In this document: in pieces, positions 13,323 to 15,105 of the stretch
Numbering within the stretch: position 1 is the stretch's first letter
Layout of the letters: every line of letters starts with the position of its first letter
UHGV virus genome: UHGV-0264650
Strand: one strand, 5' to 3'
Source of the DNA: a virus
Length of the DNA stretch: 15,105 nt
Made by a program: the position numbers and the translations under genes
The notes under the pieces: model-generated
The model's input: the letters and a program-made list of their open reading frames with translations, nothing else
Told to the model about the DNA's origin: nothing
The model's database searches: none

Positions 13323-13880
13323 TCACCCCCGTTTAAAGCTCATAACACGCGGTACAAGCGCTTCTTTTGCTTTCGGCTTACGTTTGCCTTTCTTAGCTGG
13401 TTTTTGCTTGTCTTTTGCCTCATTAGCAATATCCCTTGCCTCTTGTGCGCTAAGACGTTCGGTTACTTCTTCTGCCTGCATTGCTGCAACCTGTGCTTCG
13501 TTTGATTCATCCAGGATTGGGAAGAATGCGTCAAAGATGCGGCCTACCATGTAAGCGTAAGTCTCGTTCGCCGGATGAGTTGGATCAGTGGTCGCCACGA
13601 CGCCAACATCACTTAGAACGTGGAATGTAGTGTGGGCCGCTTCATATACCAGTGTTCCTAACTCATTGTCGAATACTGCGATCACATAGAAATTACCGCC
13701 TTTCTCACCAGTACAAGTAAGCGTTAATCCTCCTGCCAGTTCGAAATCAGGTTCGATTGGTATTCCGGCCCTTTCGCAAAATTCATAAAACATGTCGCGG
13801 GTCGGGCAGAAGAAAACTGTTGTATGCTCAAAGAGCGGAACTTTGAATTGAGGCAACTTAATGCCTTTAGCCTTAGCCAT
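13323..13880 (-). CDS. Hypothetical protein with a Lys-rich C-terminal tail; first gene of the accessory cluster
   Basis: 185 aa. ATG at 13880 is preceded by AGAGGAA (13892-13886). The N-terminal ~120 aa look globular, followed by a helical acidic linker and the tail KDKQKPAKKGKRKPKAKE. I recognise no family. Confidence 0.7.
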   Translation of the reverse strand: MAKAKGIKLPQFKVPLFEHTTVFFCPTRDMFYEFCERAGIPIEPDFELAGGLTLTCTGEKGGNFYVIAVFDNELGTLVYEAAHTTFHVLSDVGVVATTDPTHPANETYAYMVGRIFDAFFPILDESNEAQVAAMQAEEVTERLSAQEARDIANEAKDKQKPAKKGKRKPKAKEALVPRVMSFKRG

Positions 13881-13900
13881 CAGAATATTCCTCTATCCTG

Positions 13901-13936
13901 AAAAATATAACCCCCGCAAAACTGGACACCGCAGGG
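13901..13936 (-). terminator. Possible weak intrinsic terminator or attenuator upstream of the accessory cluster
   Basis: The minus-strand RNA reads CCCUGC (13936-13931), a 13-nt loop, GCGGGG (13917-12), then G, then UUAUAUUUUU (13910-13901). The stem is 6 bp including one G-U pair and the loop is long, so this is marginal. Confidence 0.3.
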
Positions 13937-14158
13937 AGTGAAAACAGCTATAAAACACTAAAACGGCGCTGCATAAGTACAGTTTTTAGAATTTTATAAA
14001 ACTGGAGAATGGTGCTTTCTTCTACCCAGGTAGCGCCGGACCTGTTAATGGGACTGTTGATCCGGTATTACGTGTTTTTGACTTTTCCGCCGTCGCTCGC
14101 GGGAAGGATTGGCCCGGTTATGGCTGGCTGGCAGAAACGGCGACACGTCCACGCGCTG

Positions 14159-14629
14159 TTATTCTTTGCGTATGCACTGCGTCTTGATGTAGTCCTGCAA
14201 TCCGGTGATCTTCGCGTCTTTCTCTTTTAGTTGTTCTCTGAGGGATAGATAAGCCGATTCAGCGTCGGGAGTGAGTCTACAGGCGGCTCCATCAATGGCG
14301 CTGGCGGTTCCGGTGGGGTCGGACACTCGCACGGGCGTTGCGTTGACGCGCAACCGGATAGTACCGTTATCAATGCCAGTGCGCAGATCGGCAATGTCAG
14401 ATCTGATAGCTTTAATCTCATCGTGATACCTCTTATCAAGTTTTGACAGTTCGGCGTTTCGCTCCTTCATCTGCTGAATAGTGTTACTTGCCGTCTTCAG
14501 TGCGCCTTTCGTCACCGTGACTTGTTCCTGTAACCTTGCCGCCTCACCCTGGTAATAACACGTTACGGCGGTCAGCCCGGCAATAATGCAAACAACAACG
14601 GCGATGATTAACGTCTTCACCTTGTCCAT
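14159..14629 (-). CDS. Rz: i-spanin (Rz-like)
   Basis: 156 aa with an N-terminal TM anchor ([26 protein letters not shown]) followed by a long helical, charged periplasmic domain. Its start overlaps the endolysin 3' end by 13 nt. It contains an embedded lipoprotein ORF in another frame, the classic Rz/Rz1 arrangement. Confidence 0.85.
   Translation of the reverse strand: MDKVKTLIIAVVVCIIAGLTAVTCYYQGEAARLQEQVTVTKGALKTASNTIQQMKERNAELSKLDKRYHDEIKAIRSDIADLRTGIDNGTIRLRVNATPVRVSDPTGTASAIDGAACRLTPDAESAYLSLREQLKEKDAKITGLQDYIKTQCIRKE
14227..14421 (-). CDS. Rz1: o-spanin (Rz1-like outer-membrane lipoprotein), fully embedded in Rz in another frame
   Basis: ATG at 14421 is preceded by AAGAGG with a 7-nt spacer. 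The 64-aa product is [64 protein letters not shown], with lipobox LSGC and a short Pro-rich mature peptide as in lambda Rz1. The track's TTG start at 14439 adds 6 unlikely codons. Confidence 0.85.
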   Translation of the reverse strand: MRLKLSDLTLPICALALITVLSGCASTQRPCECPTPPEPPAPLMEPPVDSLPTLNRLIYPSENN

Positions 14630-15105
14630 TTTTCACCCCATTCGCAAACGGCATATTCAACATCTCGGCGGTTTACCAGGCCTTGCCACTTCTTACCACC
14701 AGCGTATACCCAGCGTTTAAGCTGTGCGCACGCTTCCGATTTCTTGCCGTCATTAAGTAGCTTTAATAAGGTTGATGTTTTGAAGTTGGTTGCGCCTACG
14801 TTATAGGCGAATGAATAAAGTGCTGCGCGGGTAAAATCTGATATTTCGACTTTGATATATGGGTCAATCGCTTTTGCGGTCTTGTGTAGATCTTTATTTA
14901 ACAAAGCATCGCATTCTGATTGCGTGTAAGTCTTACCAAGCATGATGTCTTTTCCGACGTGTCCATAACATATCGTGTAAACACCGATGACATCTCTGTA
15001 TGGCTTATACTCAACGCCTTCAAGATCTTTTATCATCACCGCCGCAATAGCGATCGCCCCACCAGCCGACGCCGCAACAATCTTGTTTTTCAGCGATTGG
15101 CTAAT
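14617..15105 (-). CDS. SAR endolysin, P21 R-like lysozyme (partial; the true start lies beyond the right edge)
   Basis: The frame stays open upstream of the track's GTG (15039) to the window end: [44 protein letters not shown]... The Gly/Ala-rich weakly hydrophobic N-segment is a signal-anchor-release domain. The E-x8-D-x5-T catalytic spacing is present ([17 protein letters not shown]). From memory, the sequence is closely colinear with phage 21 R. Confidence 0.9.
   Translation of the reverse strand: MSQSLKNKIVAASAGGAIAIAAVMIKDLEGVEYKPYRDVIGVYTICYGHVGKDIMLGKTYTQSECDALLNKDLHKTAKAIDPYIKVEISDFTRAALYSFAYNVGATNFKTSTLLKLLNDGKKSEACAQLKRWVYAGGKKWQGLVNRRDVEYAVCEWGEKWTR

Noticed and set aside
13917-14008. 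Direct repeat AAAACTGGA at 13917-13925 and 13999-14007
   Set aside because: A single 9-mer recurring once within about 280 bp of AT-rich DNA is not clearly beyond chance. Apart from the preceding A, the flanks do not match.
14009-14230. Plus-strand 73-aa ORF in the Rz-downstream gap, overlapping the Rz 3' end antisense
   Set aside because: GGAG is only 1 nt from the ATG and there is no convincing promoter: a TATAAA at 13995-14000 lacks a -35 element. It would run 72 nt antisense into Rz. I cannot fully exclude it, because it covers the unexplained GC-rich half of the gap, but the evidence is insufficient.
15037-15039. GTG at 15039 as the endolysin start (track model)
   Set aside because: The frame is open to the window edge and the upstream codons encode a typical SAR domain. 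The GTG is an artefact of the window boundary.
1-15105. Search for tRNA, CRISPR repeats, IS or transposase genes, integrase or att-like repeats
   Set aside because: I found no cloverleaf-compatible sequence with a T-loop consensus, no regularly spaced repeats, and no recombinase-like ORFs. The window is fully explained by phage late genes plus the accessory regions described.

Overview
This window is a contiguous late-gene block of a tailed dsDNA phage with a siphovirus-type layout. It resembles enterobacterial T1-like phages, but that is my inference from synteny and is not verified. All supported genes but one, plus a weak 27-codon candidate ORF, lie on the minus strand. Reading right to left: (1) the end of a lysis cassette, with a P21 R-like SAR endolysin cut by the right edge and an Rz i-spanin carrying an embedded Rz1 o-spanin; (2) a 278-bp gap; (3) an accessory cluster made of a 185-aa unknown protein, an ~820-bp run of ten back-to-back mini-ORFs (14-38 codons, one hydrophobic helix each, nine of them missing from the ORF track and the tenth seen only as part of a 70-aa chimera) and an 81-aa acidic protein; (4) terS and terL; (5) a 127-bp AT-rich gap with a perfect 19-bp palindrome; (6) portal, Mu F/SPP1 gp7-like head morphogenesis protein, scaffold, decoration protein and major capsid protein, followed by a strong intrinsic terminator; (7) five head-tail joining genes; (8) major tail protein followed by a terminator; (9) tail assembly chaperone; (10) an AT-rich opposite-strand insert encoding a Sec-signal protein; (11) the tape measure gene, which runs off the left edge and is therefore absent from the ORF track. 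I saw no rRNA, tRNA, CRISPR array, transposase or integrase. The best candidate for something new is the mini-ORF array at 12500-13320. The second is the opposite-strand secreted-protein insert between the chaperone and tape measure genes. All family names come from motifs I recognise by eye plus gene order. No database search was run.
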